Shown here: positions 45,470-55,223 of the stretch, piece after piece
Numbering within the stretch: position 1 is the first letter of the stretch
Layout of the letters: every line of letters starts with the position of its first letter
Origin: an uncultured Lachnospiraceae bacterium
GTDB taxonomy: Bacteria > Bacillota > Clostridia > Oscillospirales > CAG-272
DNA: 64,000 nt
Assembly: GCA_964562175.1 (NCBI GenBank)
Contig: CAZLRV010000003.1
Coordinates: 15,001-79,000, forward strand
Direction of reading: 5' to 3'
The notes under the pieces: model-generated
What the model was told of the DNA's origin: nothing
Databases searched by the model: none
What the model saw: only the letters and a program-made list of their open reading frames with translations
Made by a program: the position numbers and the translations under genes

Positions 45470-46750
45470 ATGCAATATTTTAGAAAAGAGATAGCACCCG
45501 GTGTCGGGTTCAATGCTATCAAGACGGACGTATTCAAATCTGAATATGTGTCCGTGTATACGGTAAGCCCTCTGTCGACTGAAAGCGCATCGTATAATTC
45601 CCTGCTCTGCAACACAACGATAAGGGGGTGCGAGAAATATCCGTCGCTAAAGGATATAAGCCGTCTGCTCGATCGGCTCTACGACTCTTATATCTCGCCC
45701 GTATCGCTCAAACGCGGGGAGTATCACATATTCGGCTATTCCGCATCGTCGCTTAAAAGTCGGTTTTCAATTGAAAAGCAAGATATACTTGCACGCACGC
45801 TCGATCTTCTGTACGAAATAATGTGCCGTCCTCTGCTTATCGACGGTGCGTTTTCGGACGATATAGTGCAGATGGAAAAATCAAATCTCATATCGGCAAT
45901 AGAAGCGAGAGTGAACGACAGAGTGTCTTATGTACCGACCGCTTGCGTTGCCAAAATGTGCGAGGGTGAGCCTTTCGCCGTACCGGACTACGGAATTGCC
46001 GAGGTAATAAAGAGTATCGACCCGACAAGTCTTTACGAATACAGCACCGAGCTGTATAAAAAAAGTCGCATTGAAATTTTCTATGTCGGCGACGACGAGG
46101 GAGTGATAAACGGCTTTTGCGAAAAGCTTATCTCCTCCGTCGGCATCGGTGAGCGTTTGTCACTGCACGGCGCACGTGTACATTCCGCACCCTTAAAACC
46201 AAGGCGTTTTGAGGAGAAGGCTCCCGTCACGCAAAGCAAGCTTGCGCTCGGCTTCAACACGGGCAGGCGACTCGGCGAGGGACGAGATGCGTCGGATACG
46301 GTGTTTTTTGAGATATTTTCCTCATCTCCGTCAAGCAGACTGTTCAAAAACGTGCGTGAAAAGCTCTCGCTCTGCTACTATTGCAAATGCAACACCGACC
46401 CGTTCAAGGGAATCTCCGTTGTTTCCGCAGGCATAAGAGCGGAGGATGCGGCGTTAGCCGAGGCTGAGATACTCGCACAGCTCAAAGACCTGAGTGAGGG
46501 CAACATATCGCAAAAGGAACTTGACGAGGCGAAAAAGACATTGCTGTCCGCTTGCCGTGAAATATACGATTCTCCTTCCGCTCTCATAAATTGGTATTTG
46601 AACAGAGTCTTGTCCGACTCCACCGAGCTTTTATTCTCTCCCGATGAGCAAGCAGAGAAAATACGCTCCGTAACCGTCTCGGAGGTTGCAAAATGTGCCG
46701 AGCGGATGAGTCTTGACACGGTATATCTGCTTAAGGAGGGTGAGCAATGA
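45470..46750 (+). CDS. M16-family peptidase-like protein (non-catalytic partner; no HxxEH seen)
   Basis: About 426 aa from ATG 45470 (MQYFRKE). It has an insulinase-like fold pattern and is translationally coupled (4-nt overlap) to the next M16 gene. Confidence 0.65.
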   Translation: MQYFRKEIAPGVGFNAIKTDVFKSEYVSVYTVSPLSTESASYNSLLCNTTIRGCEKYPSLKDISRLLDRLYDSYISPVSLKRGEYHIFGYSASSLKSRFSIEKQDILARTLDLLYEIMCRPLLIDGAFSDDIVQMEKSNLISAIEARVNDRVSYVPTACVAKMCEGEPFAVPDYGIAEVIKSIDPTSLYEYSTELYKKSRIEIFYVGDDEGVINGFCEKLISSVGIGERLSLHGARVHSAPLKPRRFEEKAPVTQSKLALGFNTGRRLGEGRDASDTVFFEIFSSSPSSRLFKNVREKLSLCYYCKCNTDPFKGISVVSAGIRAEDAALAEAEILAQLKDLSEGNISQKELDEAKKTLLSACREIYDSPSALINWYLNRVLSDSTELLFSPDEQAEKIRSVTVSEVAKCAERMSLDTVYLLKEGEQ

Positions 46751-48006
46751 TAAAAGATAAAAAAACCGTCTACGACGAGATGACGGGCGAGTGCTGTAAT
46801 ATAGTCACCCTTGATAACGGTCTGCACGTATATCACATACCGAGCAAGCATATCACGTCCCATGCACTGTTCGGTGTTGATTACGGCTCGGTGCATAGGA
46901 TATATCAAAAAAACGGTTCTCAAATAATCACGCCGTCCGGCTGTGCGCATTTTTTGGAGCATAAGCTGTTCGATAACCCCGACGGTGTTGCGGACGATAT
47001 ATTCACCTCGCTTGGGGCAAGCTGTAATGCGTTTACCTCATCGAGCGTCACCGCATACACGTTTTCATGTACGGATAATTTTTTGCCGTGCCTCGATACA
47101 CTGCTCGACTTCGTATCGACTCCGTATTTCACCGAGGCAAGCGTGAAAAAAGAATGCGGTATCATTGCCGAGGAAATACGTATGTACGACGATATGCCGT
47201 CGTGGTGCGCATATTTTAATATGCTCAAAGCCATGTACGGGCAATGTCCCATCTCCGAGGACACCGCAGGCAGCTGTGAATCAATAACGCATATAACTCC
47301 CGAGCTGCTGTACGAGCTTCACCGCGATATGTACACTCTTGACAATATGCATCTGTGCGTTTACGCCGACTCACCGCTTGAGCAGATATTGATGCGTGCC
47401 GACCGACTTCGCTCACCTAAATGTCAGATAACGCAAATACCGCCACAGACCAAGCCGGGCATTTTTCAAGCAAGGAAGGAGCATATTTCTCAAAGTCCCG
47501 TACCGCTGGTATTTATCGGGCTTAAGGATGACGATGTGCCGAAGAACGGAGCGGAGGCGACCAAGCGTGAGTGTATCATGTCCTGTCTGCTGAACACGCT
47601 TTTTTCCGAAAGCTCGGATATTTTCGAGGAGCTTTATTCAAGCTCACTAATAATCGGCAGACTTGACTGCGAATATATATGCGAAAAGGATTTTGCATAT
47701 CTTTATTTCAGCTGTGAGTCACCCGCACCGGAGGAGCTGTTCAAGCATCTGTCGGAATACTGCGAGAGGATATGTGCCGAGGGAATCGACAAAGAGCGTT
47801 ATGAAATATCAAAGCGCATGGTATATGCCGATTTTATCCGCTCATTCGATTCTCGTGACGATCTGCCCTACTGTATGTACAGAGAACGAGAAAATATTTT
47901 CGACCATCCCGCAATGATATCTTCCTCAAGTGTGGAGACGGCACACGAATTGTTCAAAAAGCTTTTCAAAACGGAAAATCTCGTTATGTCCGTTTCACAT
48001 TCATAA
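46747..48006 (+). CDS. M16-family zinc peptidase (pitrilysin/insulinase type)
   Basis: 419 aa with the inverted zinc motif HFLEHKLF (HxxEH). Confidence 0.8.
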   Translation: MIKDKKTVYDEMTGECCNIVTLDNGLHVYHIPSKHITSHALFGVDYGSVHRIYQKNGSQIITPSGCAHFLEHKLFDNPDGVADDIFTSLGASCNAFTSSSVTAYTFSCTDNFLPCLDTLLDFVSTPYFTEASVKKECGIIAEEIRMYDDMPSWCAYFNMLKAMYGQCPISEDTAGSCESITHITPELLYELHRDMYTLDNMHLCVYADSPLEQILMRADRLRSPKCQITQIPPQTKPGIFQARKEHISQSPVPLVFIGLKDDDVPKNGAEATKRECIMSCLLNTLFSESSDIFEELYSSSLIIGRLDCEYICEKDFAYLYFSCESPAPEELFKHLSEYCERICAEGIDKERYEISKRMVYADFIRSFDSRDDLPYCMYRERENIFDHPAMISSSSVETAHELFKKLFKTENLVMSVSHS

Positions 48007-48042
48007 AAACAAGGCTTAATAATTATATGAAAGGAAAACACC

Positions 48043-49095
48043 ATGTACCACGTTGAATTTAAGGCATTGCCCTTTGCGATTGAGTTTTCTCCCGTTGCGT
48101 TTGAGTTGTTCGGCAGACCCGTGTATTGGTACGGTATTTTGATAACACTCGGCATAATACTTGCCGTTGCTTATGCATTTTATCGTGCAAAGAAAACGGG
48201 CGTTTCCATTGATGATATGTACGACTACACCATTTTTTCCGTAATATTCGCCATACTCGGAGCAAGACTTTATTATGTTCTTTCAAATCTCGATCATTAT
48301 CACTCATTTGTTGATGTGATAAATATTTCCGCAGGCGGCTTGGGTATTTACGGCGGTATAATCGGCGGTATAGTCGCAATAGTTGCCGTATCGCTCGTCA
48401 AAAAAACGAATCCGCTGAGAATACTCGACATTGCCGCCCCCGCCACGATGATAGGTCAGATAATCGGTCGTTGGGGCAATTTTATGAACCAAGAGGCATT
48501 CGGCACAAACACCACCCTGCCATGGGGTATGCGTTCCCATGTCACATCAAGCACCTCGAACAGCTTAATGGGAACAAGAGAATATCTTACACATTACTAC
48601 TCAAAGCTTCAAGCGGAAAATCCCGGTCTTGCCATTGAGCCAAACGGCTTTGTGCATCCGACATTTTTGTACGAATCGCTTTGGAATCTGCTCGGACTTG
48701 CCATTATACACTTCACCTATAAAAAACGCAAATACACGGGCGAAACGCTTCTTTTGTACCTTACATGGTACGGTCTGGGAAGAATGCTTATCGAAGGGCT
48801 TCGTACCGACTCGCTCTATATCACCGGTACGGATATCAGAAAGTCACAGCTGCTTGCGTTTTTGTGCTTCGTCATCGGACTTATTCTTCTTATCGTCTTC
48901 AGAGTGCTTGCGATTCGTAAGGGTTGGTCGGTGCAAACGGATAAGACTGTCGAGGATGAGCTTGTTGCACTTGATGCGATAGATAACGAGGATATAAGCG
49001 AGCTTGAAGCACTTGACGGTGAGGGGGACGCAGACGAGGATAGCTCGGACGGTGAGCTTGACGGCGAGGAGGGTGAGCATGGCGAGGATAATTGA
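48043..49095 (+). CDS. lgt: prolipoprotein diacylglyceryl transferase with an acidic C-terminal extension
   Basis: YGILITLG N-terminus, signature GRWGNFMNQEAFG and HPTFLYESLWN. The last ~47 aa are Asp/Glu-rich. Confidence 0.9.
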   Translation: MYHVEFKALPFAIEFSPVAFELFGRPVYWYGILITLGIILAVAYAFYRAKKTGVSIDDMYDYTIFSVIFAILGARLYYVLSNLDHYHSFVDVINISAGGLGIYGGIIGGIVAIVAVSLVKKTNPLRILDIAAPATMIGQIIGRWGNFMNQEAFGTNTTLPWGMRSHVTSSTSNSLMGTREYLTHYYSKLQAENPGLAIEPNGFVHPTFLYESLWNLLGLAIIHFTYKKRKYTGETLLLYLTWYGLGRMLIEGLRTDSLYITGTDIRKSQLLAFLCFVIGLILLIVFRVLAIRKGWSVQTDKTVEDELVALDAIDNEDISELEALDGEGDADEDSSDGELDGEEGEHGEDN

Positions 49096-49942
49096 CGGTC
49101 GGCTCATCTCCGCACAAATAAGAGCTGAAATAAAATGTCAAAGAGATGCTTTCGTTGAGAAAACGGGTATAATTCCGGGGCTTGCGGTAATACTTGTCGG
49201 AGACGATCCCGCCTCGGCAATATATGTAAGAAATAAGGCAAGTGCCTGTGAGCAAGTCGGCTTTAGATCTCGCGTAATTCGCTTGGGTGCGGACACGACG
49301 CAAGAGCAGCTTGAGGAATATATAAGCTCGCTTAACTCCGACGATACGATACACGGCATACTCGTTCAACTGCCGCTGCCCAAGCATATAGATGAGAGCA
49401 GAATAATAAGATTGATAGATCCGAGAAAAGATGTCGACGCTTTTCATCCGGAAAACGTCGGCAAGATAATGACAGGCGACTACGAATTTTTGCCCTGCAC
49501 ACCTCAGGGTGTTATGGAGCTGCTTCGCCGATCTGATATAGATGTATGCGGCAAGCGTTGCGTAGTTCTCGGACGCAGTAACATTGTCGGCAAGCCCATG
49601 GCAATGCTCTTGCTTCACGCAAACGGAACTGTGACGATAGCTCACTCAAAAACAAAAGAGCTTGCCGAGGTAACACGGCAAGCGGATATACTTGTTGTGG
49701 CTGTCGGAAAGCCCAAATTCATTAAAGCCGACATGGTAAAGGCGGGGGCTGTTGTTATCGATGTGGGAATGGACAGAGATGAGGGAGGCAAGCTGTGCGG
49801 TGATGTGGATTATGACAGCTGCTTTGATAAGGTCGAGGCAATAACGCCCGTGCCTGGCGGTGTCGGTCCGATGACGATAACCATGCTTCTTAAAAACACG
49901 CTCACTGCGGCTGAAATATACGAAAAAGAGTTGAGAAAATGA
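49079..49942 (+). CDS. folD: bifunctional methylenetetrahydrofolate dehydrogenase/cyclohydrolase
   Basis: Start at MARIIDGRLIS (ATG 49079) overlaps lgt by 17 nt. Motifs: GLAVILVGDDPAS, LVQLPLP, PVPGGVGPMT. Confidence 0.93.
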   Translation: MARIIDGRLISAQIRAEIKCQRDAFVEKTGIIPGLAVILVGDDPASAIYVRNKASACEQVGFRSRVIRLGADTTQEQLEEYISSLNSDDTIHGILVQLPLPKHIDESRIIRLIDPRKDVDAFHPENVGKIMTGDYEFLPCTPQGVMELLRRSDIDVCGKRCVVLGRSNIVGKPMAMLLLHANGTVTIAHSKTKELAEVTRQADILVVAVGKPKFIKADMVKAGAVVIDVGMDRDEGGKLCGDVDYDSCFDKVEAITPVPGGVGPMTITMLLKNTLTAAEIYEKELRK

Positions 49943-51387
49943 GTAATACAGAGCTTTATCCAAGCGATTTTTTCAAATATTTTGATGATATATGCAAGAT
50001 TCCGCGCGCCTCCGGCAACGAGGGCGGTATGGTAAGATACCTCACGGAATTCGCCCGTCGTAACGGTCTTGAGTATTATGCGGACGAGCATAACAATGTT
50101 CTTATCAAAAAGCCCGCAGGTTTAGGGTATGAGTCCTGTTCCGCTTTGGCGTTTCAGGGTCATACGGATATGGTGTGCCAAAAGCTTCCCGACTCAAAGC
50201 ATGATTTTCTCACCGAGCCGATAGAGTATAGGATCGAGGGTGGCAAAATGACGGCAAACGGCACGACTCTCGGTGCGGACGACGGTGCGGCTGTGTGCCT
50301 GATGCTTTCGTTTTTGGCTGACGATGAGATGTCACATCCGCCGCTTGAATGTCTGTTTACCGCCGAGGAGGAAACGGGGCTTTGCGGTGCGAAGGGCTTC
50401 GATTACACGCACCTCACCTCACGCTTGCTTATAAATCTTGACGGTGAGGAGGAATACAATGTATTGTCCTCCTGTGCTGGCGGTGTTAAGCTGTACTCGG
50501 AACGCAAATTTCCTCTCAGCGAAAGCTCGGGCGTGTGCTTGAAGATAACGCTTGACGGTCTTTACGGCGGTCATTCTGGTGCCGATATCGACAAGGGACG
50601 AATGAACGCAAATGCAAAGCTCATATCACTGCTTGATTATTTGTACAAAAAATATTCCGTTCGTCTTGCGGAATTTGACGGCGGCAGTGTCGATAACGCA
50701 ATAGCTTCAAGAGCATATTGTGTCGTTTGCACCGATAAAGAAAATGAAGTCACCTCATTTTGCAAAAAGTTTGAGCGTGTGCTTAAGGATATCGCCGTTA
50801 AAGATGATGCGGGGCTTTTCATCCGCTGTGAGCGGTGCAATAGCGTGCCCTCTCTGTCCGCCTCGGACACCTACGATGCGATCTATGCAATTCACGGTAT
50901 GAAAAGCGGCATTATGACGATGAGCCAAGATATCAAAGGGCTTGTGCAGACCTCTGCCAATGTCGGTGTTCTTAAGCTTGAGGGCGGTCTGCTTACCTGC
51001 CATACCTCCATTCGTTCAAGCATTGAGTCAGAGCGTGAGAAGCTGTACTCGCACAACGAGGCATCGGCAAAGAAGCATGGTCTTACCGTAAAGCGTGTCG
51101 GCGAATATCCGGGCTGGGAGTTTAAGAAGCATTCGCCGCTGCGAGAGCTGTATTGTCAATGCTTTGCGCAAACGCACAACGGCAAGCGTCCCGATATCTG
51201 CGCAATTCACGCCGGACTTGAATGCGGTATAATATCAAAGCACCTGCTTGCGTGCGATATTATATCGATAGGTCCGGAGATGTCGGATGTGCATTCGCCG
51301 ACAGAGAGTCTTGACATTGCCTCCGTCGGCAGGGTATACGATACGCTCAAGCTCTTAATGCAATCCTTAAAGGAGCAAAAAATATGA
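49939..51387 (+). CDS. pepD: aminoacyl-histidine dipeptidase (M20 family, PepD type)
   Basis: 482 aa with FFKYFDDICKIPRASGNE...FQGHTDMV...TTLGADDG...EETGLCGA typical of PepD. Confidence 0.85.
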   Translation: MSNTELYPSDFFKYFDDICKIPRASGNEGGMVRYLTEFARRNGLEYYADEHNNVLIKKPAGLGYESCSALAFQGHTDMVCQKLPDSKHDFLTEPIEYRIEGGKMTANGTTLGADDGAAVCLMLSFLADDEMSHPPLECLFTAEEETGLCGAKGFDYTHLTSRLLINLDGEEEYNVLSSCAGGVKLYSERKFPLSESSGVCLKITLDGLYGGHSGADIDKGRMNANAKLISLLDYLYKKYSVRLAEFDGGSVDNAIASRAYCVVCTDKENEVTSFCKKFERVLKDIAVKDDAGLFIRCERCNSVPSLSASDTYDAIYAIHGMKSGIMTMSQDIKGLVQTSANVGVLKLEGGLLTCHTSIRSSIESEREKLYSHNEASAKKHGLTVKRVGEYPGWEFKKHSPLRELYCQCFAQTHNGKRPDICAIHAGLECGIISKHLLACDIISIGPEMSDVHSPTESLDIASVGRVYDTLKLLMQSLKEQKI

Positions 51388-52466
51388 AGATCAGATCCAT
51401 AACTACCAATGAAATTGAAATTCCGCTTATAAAGCCGTTCAAAACGGCACTTCGCACCGTGTCCTCGGTACGTGACGTTATCGTAACGATAACGACGGAT
51501 GAGGGCATCAAGGGCTTCGGTGAAGCACCTCCGACTAAAGTCATAACGGGCGATACCACCGAAAGTATACTTTATGCGATAAATGAAAAGATCGCACCTG
51601 CGCTTATCGGCCGTGAGCTTGACGATTTCGACGGTATCATGCATGAGCTTCATTCATGCATCGAGAAAAACACCTCGCCTAAGGCGGCAGTGGATATGGC
51701 ACTGTACGACCTGCGTGCAAAAAGCATGGGCGTGCCGCTTTACAAGCTTCTCGGCGGTCACAGGGGAGAGCTTGAAACAGACCTTACGATAAGTGTAAAC
51801 GATGCTGATACGATGGTCAAGGATGCGCTTGACGGTGTGAAGCGAGGCTTCAAAACACTTAAGATAAAGGTCGGCAAGGATTACGAGGGCGATTTTGAGC
51901 GTTTGAGCAGTATACGCCGTGCCGTCGGTGCGGATATAAAAATACGTGTCGATGCCAATCAGGGCTGGGAGTGCCGACAGGCAATAAAGATCATTCGTGA
52001 AATGGAGGATGCGGGCTTCGACCTTGAGCTTGTCGAACAGCCCGTAGCCGCCGCAGACCTTGACGGCTTAAAGGAAGTCACACGCAACGTAAGCACCCCC
52101 ATACTTGCCGATGAAAGCGTATTTTCTATAAAAGACGCACTTGATATCATAACAAATCATCGTGCGGATATGATAAATATCAAGCTTATGAAGACCGGCG
52201 GTATATATCAAGCTCTGAAAATATGCGCACTTGCCGAGGAATACGGTGTTGAGTGCTTTATGGGCTGTATGCTTGAAAGCAAGCTTGCCGTATCGGCGGC
52301 ATCTCATCTTTCTGCCGCAAAGCGTATAATCACGCTCAACGACCTTGACGGTCCCTCTCTCTGTGCCTCGGATCCCTACACGGGCGGTCCCGTATTCGAC
52401 GAGAGCAGAATTATAATGAACGAAACGCCCGGACTCGGTATCACCGACATCGGAGGTCTTATATGA
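51384..52466 (+). CDS. dipeptide epimerase (L-Ala-D/L-Glu epimerase type, enolase superfamily)
   Basis: 360 aa of the MLE/MR subgroup, with KIKVG, RVDANQGW, LVEQP, and a KLMKTGG Lys base. Confidence 0.8.
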   Translation: MKIRSITTNEIEIPLIKPFKTALRTVSSVRDVIVTITTDEGIKGFGEAPPTKVITGDTTESILYAINEKIAPALIGRELDDFDGIMHELHSCIEKNTSPKAAVDMALYDLRAKSMGVPLYKLLGGHRGELETDLTISVNDADTMVKDALDGVKRGFKTLKIKVGKDYEGDFERLSSIRRAVGADIKIRVDANQGWECRQAIKIIREMEDAGFDLELVEQPVAAADLDGLKEVTRNVSTPILADESVFSIKDALDIITNHRADMINIKLMKTGGIYQALKICALAEEYGVECFMGCMLESKLAVSAASHLSAAKRIITLNDLDGPSLCASDPYTGGPVFDESRIIMNETPGLGITDIGGLI

Positions 52467-53218
52467 GCGATTTGTATATTACATCCCCGCTCTGTCCGCT
52501 TTATCTGCAGCCGTCCTCCGATTCCGGGCGAGCCGACGAAGCGTTGTACGGTACAAGAGTTACGGTAAACGAATCACAAGGCGATTTTCTTCTCGTTACA
52601 ACCGATTATCGCTACAGCGGTTATGTGCATAAAAGCAACGTCGGTACGCTTTCGTATGATAACAAAATGGCGGTAGATCATCTTTTTTGCGATGTTTTAT
52701 CCTCTCCGAGCATAAAATCCAATTTGCTCCTGACTCTGCCCCGAGGCTCTGCCGTCAATGTTATCGAGGTGTGTGACGGGTGGTGTAAGATCTCCCTGCC
52801 GGACTCGTTCGGCTATATACGCGAGAAATATCTTGCCCCGTACATAAGCACGCCTGTCAATGACGAACAGCTGCTGAGGAAAAATGTTATCGCCTGTGCA
52901 AAAAAATATCTGTCGGTGCAATACCGTTGGGGCGGTCGAGGTCCGTGGGGCATTGATTGCTCGGGGCTATGCTCAAGTGCGTATCTGCAAAACGGTGTCA
53001 TTATCTACCGTGACGCAAAGATCGTCGAGGGCTTCGCCGTGCATCCGATAGAATACTCATCGCTTAAGCCCGCAGACCTTATCTATTCTCCGGGTCATAT
53101 AATGATGTACATAGGCGAGGGCAAAATGATACACTCGTCCTGCTCACGTCACGGAGTCGTTATCGACGACGTGATAAGTGAGGAAAAGACGAGTGCTTGC
53201 GGTAGCATATTCTGTTGA
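52463..53218 (+). CDS. NlpC/P60 (C40) gamma-D-glutamyl-L-diamino acid endopeptidase with SH3-like domains
   Basis: 251 aa with catalytic region YRWGGRGPWGIDCSGLCSSAY...GHIMMYIG. Gene order after the epimerase mirrors B. subtilis ykfB-ykfC. Confidence 0.8.
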   Translation: MSDLYITSPLCPLYLQPSSDSGRADEALYGTRVTVNESQGDFLLVTTDYRYSGYVHKSNVGTLSYDNKMAVDHLFCDVLSSPSIKSNLLLTLPRGSAVNVIEVCDGWCKISLPDSFGYIREKYLAPYISTPVNDEQLLRKNVIACAKKYLSVQYRWGGRGPWGIDCSGLCSSAYLQNGVIIYRDAKIVEGFAVHPIEYSSLKPADLIYSPGHIMMYIGEGKMIHSSCSRHGVVIDDVISEEKTSACGSIFC

Positions 53219-53219
53219 C

Positions 53220-54188
53220 TTAAAGCTTGTCTCTGAATATCTTCGGTGTTCTCTTATAGCTGAGCCGTCTCTTGTTTAGATTCTTTTCGTGATTTTCCGC
53301 ACAATAGTATCTTATGCGGCAAAGCGCTTCATCTCTCGGCTTGTCAAATACCGATATTAAGAATTTTTCCAACTCATCATACAGCTTGACGACGTGTTGT
53401 CCGTCATTCAAAGGGCAACACATAAGCATTTTTACGTATTCCTCATCGTTTTCGTCAAGCTGTTTTATTTTTTCTATCACATTGTCGATATCACCCACGC
53501 CCGAACATTCTATAAACGAGTCCTTGTTGAAATCAAGCCCTATCGCACTGCTTCCGTAATATATGGGTATGGAATGAAACCTGAACGAGTCCACGAGCTT
53601 TTCGGTAACGAAGCCCGGATAATGAATGCTGTCGGCGGCAATTGTAAATTTAGAGCTTAACAAATACTCATGCTTTTCTCGCCAATTACAGCCATTTGTT
53701 CCGACGTTGTTCAAATACGCACCGAATGATGTGACCTTTTTGTATTTTTCGGATATTTCATAAAACAGCCTTTCGCGTATCTCGTGGCTTGATCTATGGC
53801 GATATATAAAATTACAGAAGTACTTCTTTTGCTTCAATATTTCATACGCCCTCTCCTCCGTCAGCTCCTCCGGTACCCACGGTGTGGCATCATCGAAGTA
53901 AAACGCAAACGGCAGTCTGAAATATCTGCCCGGAAAATCAATCAGATCGAAGCCTATCACATAATCGAATACGGTGAAATCGGGAGATAGGTTCTCACCC
54001 ATAAACATAATTCTGACACAGTCGTATTTCATATACTCAAACGGCGTACAGCGGTTTGAGCATATAACAAAATCCGGTTCATCGCTTATTTCGACATTAA
54101 AATGTCTTTGCAGTATTCTGACAAAAAGATTGTCGTTCTTTTTGAAGCTTCCCCAAAAACCGCAAAAATCGACCTTTATCGTTTTCAT
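53220..54188 (-). CDS. glycosyltransferase family 10 (alpha-1,3/4-fucosyltransferase-like), paralog A
   Basis: 322 aa. KKYFCNFIYRH..., KFTIAADSIHYPGFVTEKLVDSFRFHSIPIYYGS and DFNKDSFI align by eye with the H. pylori FutA core (KFNLCFENTQGYGYVTEKIIDAYFSHTIPIYWGS...DFNPKSFV). It has a basic C-terminal tail. Confidence 0.8.
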   Translation of the reverse strand: MKTIKVDFCGFWGSFKKNDNLFVRILQRHFNVEISDEPDFVICSNRCTPFEYMKYDCVRIMFMGENLSPDFTVFDYVIGFDLIDFPGRYFRLPFAFYFDDATPWVPEELTEERAYEILKQKKYFCNFIYRHRSSHEIRERLFYEISEKYKKVTSFGAYLNNVGTNGCNWREKHEYLLSSKFTIAADSIHYPGFVTEKLVDSFRFHSIPIYYGSSAIGLDFNKDSFIECSGVGDIDNVIEKIKQLDENDEEYVKMLMCCPLNDGQHVVKLYDELEKFLISVFDKPRDEALCRIRYYCAENHEKNLNKRRLSYKRTPKIFRDKL

Positions 54189-54209
54189 ATCATTTACACC
54201 TCTGCATGA

Positions 54210-55223
54210 TCACCTTATTCGCAATAGCTTTCTTATTTTTCGGGTTAGCTTTCTTTTCTTCTTAAATTTCAGATGATATTCTCTGTACTGATCCAAGCAA
54301 TTGTTATATCTATCTGCGGCAAACTCTCTTACACGTCTTATTCTTTGCTCTCTCGGTCGTGAGGTAATGTTGAGTAAAAAGCTCTCAAGCTCATCGTATT
54401 TCTTCTTTATGTGGTCGTATGAGGGCAAGGGGCATTTCATAAGCATATCCATGTACGCCTCATCGTCGTTGTCAAGCCGAATGACCTCATTGACAACTCT
54501 TTCGATATCGTCCACACCCTTACATACTATACAAGCGTCCGTGTTGAAATCTCTGCCTATTTCGGGATTGCCGAAATATATGGGTATTGAATGATTCATA
54601 AAAGCGTGCGTTATTTTCTCGGTAACAAAGCCGGGATACGATATGCTGTCAACGGCTATGGTAAACTTCGAGTTCTTTACTATCTCATACTTTTCCTTGT
54701 AATCGATATTTTTATTGCTTGTAATGCCTTTTTCCACGGCGTTGTTGAGATACGGTCCTGCGGATGTTACCTCTTTATATTCGTTTAATGCATCAAATAA
54801 CTTTTTTCGCATTCCATGGTTCGGCTCATGATTATATATGAAATTGCAAAAATACTTCTTTTCCTTCATTATTCTTTCCGCATCCTCGCGTGTCAGCTTT
54901 TGGGGGATATACGATCCCTCATCGCGAATATACGCAAACGGCATTCTGATATATCTGTCGGAGAAGGTAATAAAATCAAAGCCCATGACGTAGTCAAACG
55001 AGGTGAAATCGGGCGAAATGTTTTCGCATATTTCCATAAGTCTGGGGCAATCCCGATATTTTGCCCATTGAAACGGATCACCCAAATTTCCGGCAATAAC
55101 AAGGTCGGGAGATTCGTCACACAGCTCAACATCATAATATTTACTGTAAATTTGATAATACAAGCTTACCTTTGGCTTGAGAGCGCTATAAAAATTACAA
55201 AATTTGATTTTTAATTTTTCCAT
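54210..55223 (-). CDS. glycosyltransferase family 10 (fucosyltransferase-like), paralog B
   Basis: 337 aa, roughly 45% identical by eye to paralog A. KFTIAVDSISYPGFVTEKITHAFMNHSIPIYFGN. The C-terminal tail HLKFKKKRKLTRKIRKLLRIR is very basic. Confidence 0.8.
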   Translation of the reverse strand: MEKLKIKFCNFYSALKPKVSLYYQIYSKYYDVELCDESPDLVIAGNLGDPFQWAKYRDCPRLMEICENISPDFTSFDYVMGFDFITFSDRYIRMPFAYIRDEGSYIPQKLTREDAERIMKEKKYFCNFIYNHEPNHGMRKKLFDALNEYKEVTSAGPYLNNAVEKGITSNKNIDYKEKYEIVKNSKFTIAVDSISYPGFVTEKITHAFMNHSIPIYFGNPEIGRDFNTDACIVCKGVDDIERVVNEVIRLDNDDEAYMDMLMKCPLPSYDHIKKKYDELESFLLNITSRPREQRIRRVREFAADRYNNCLDQYREYHLKFKKKRKLTRKIRKLLRIR

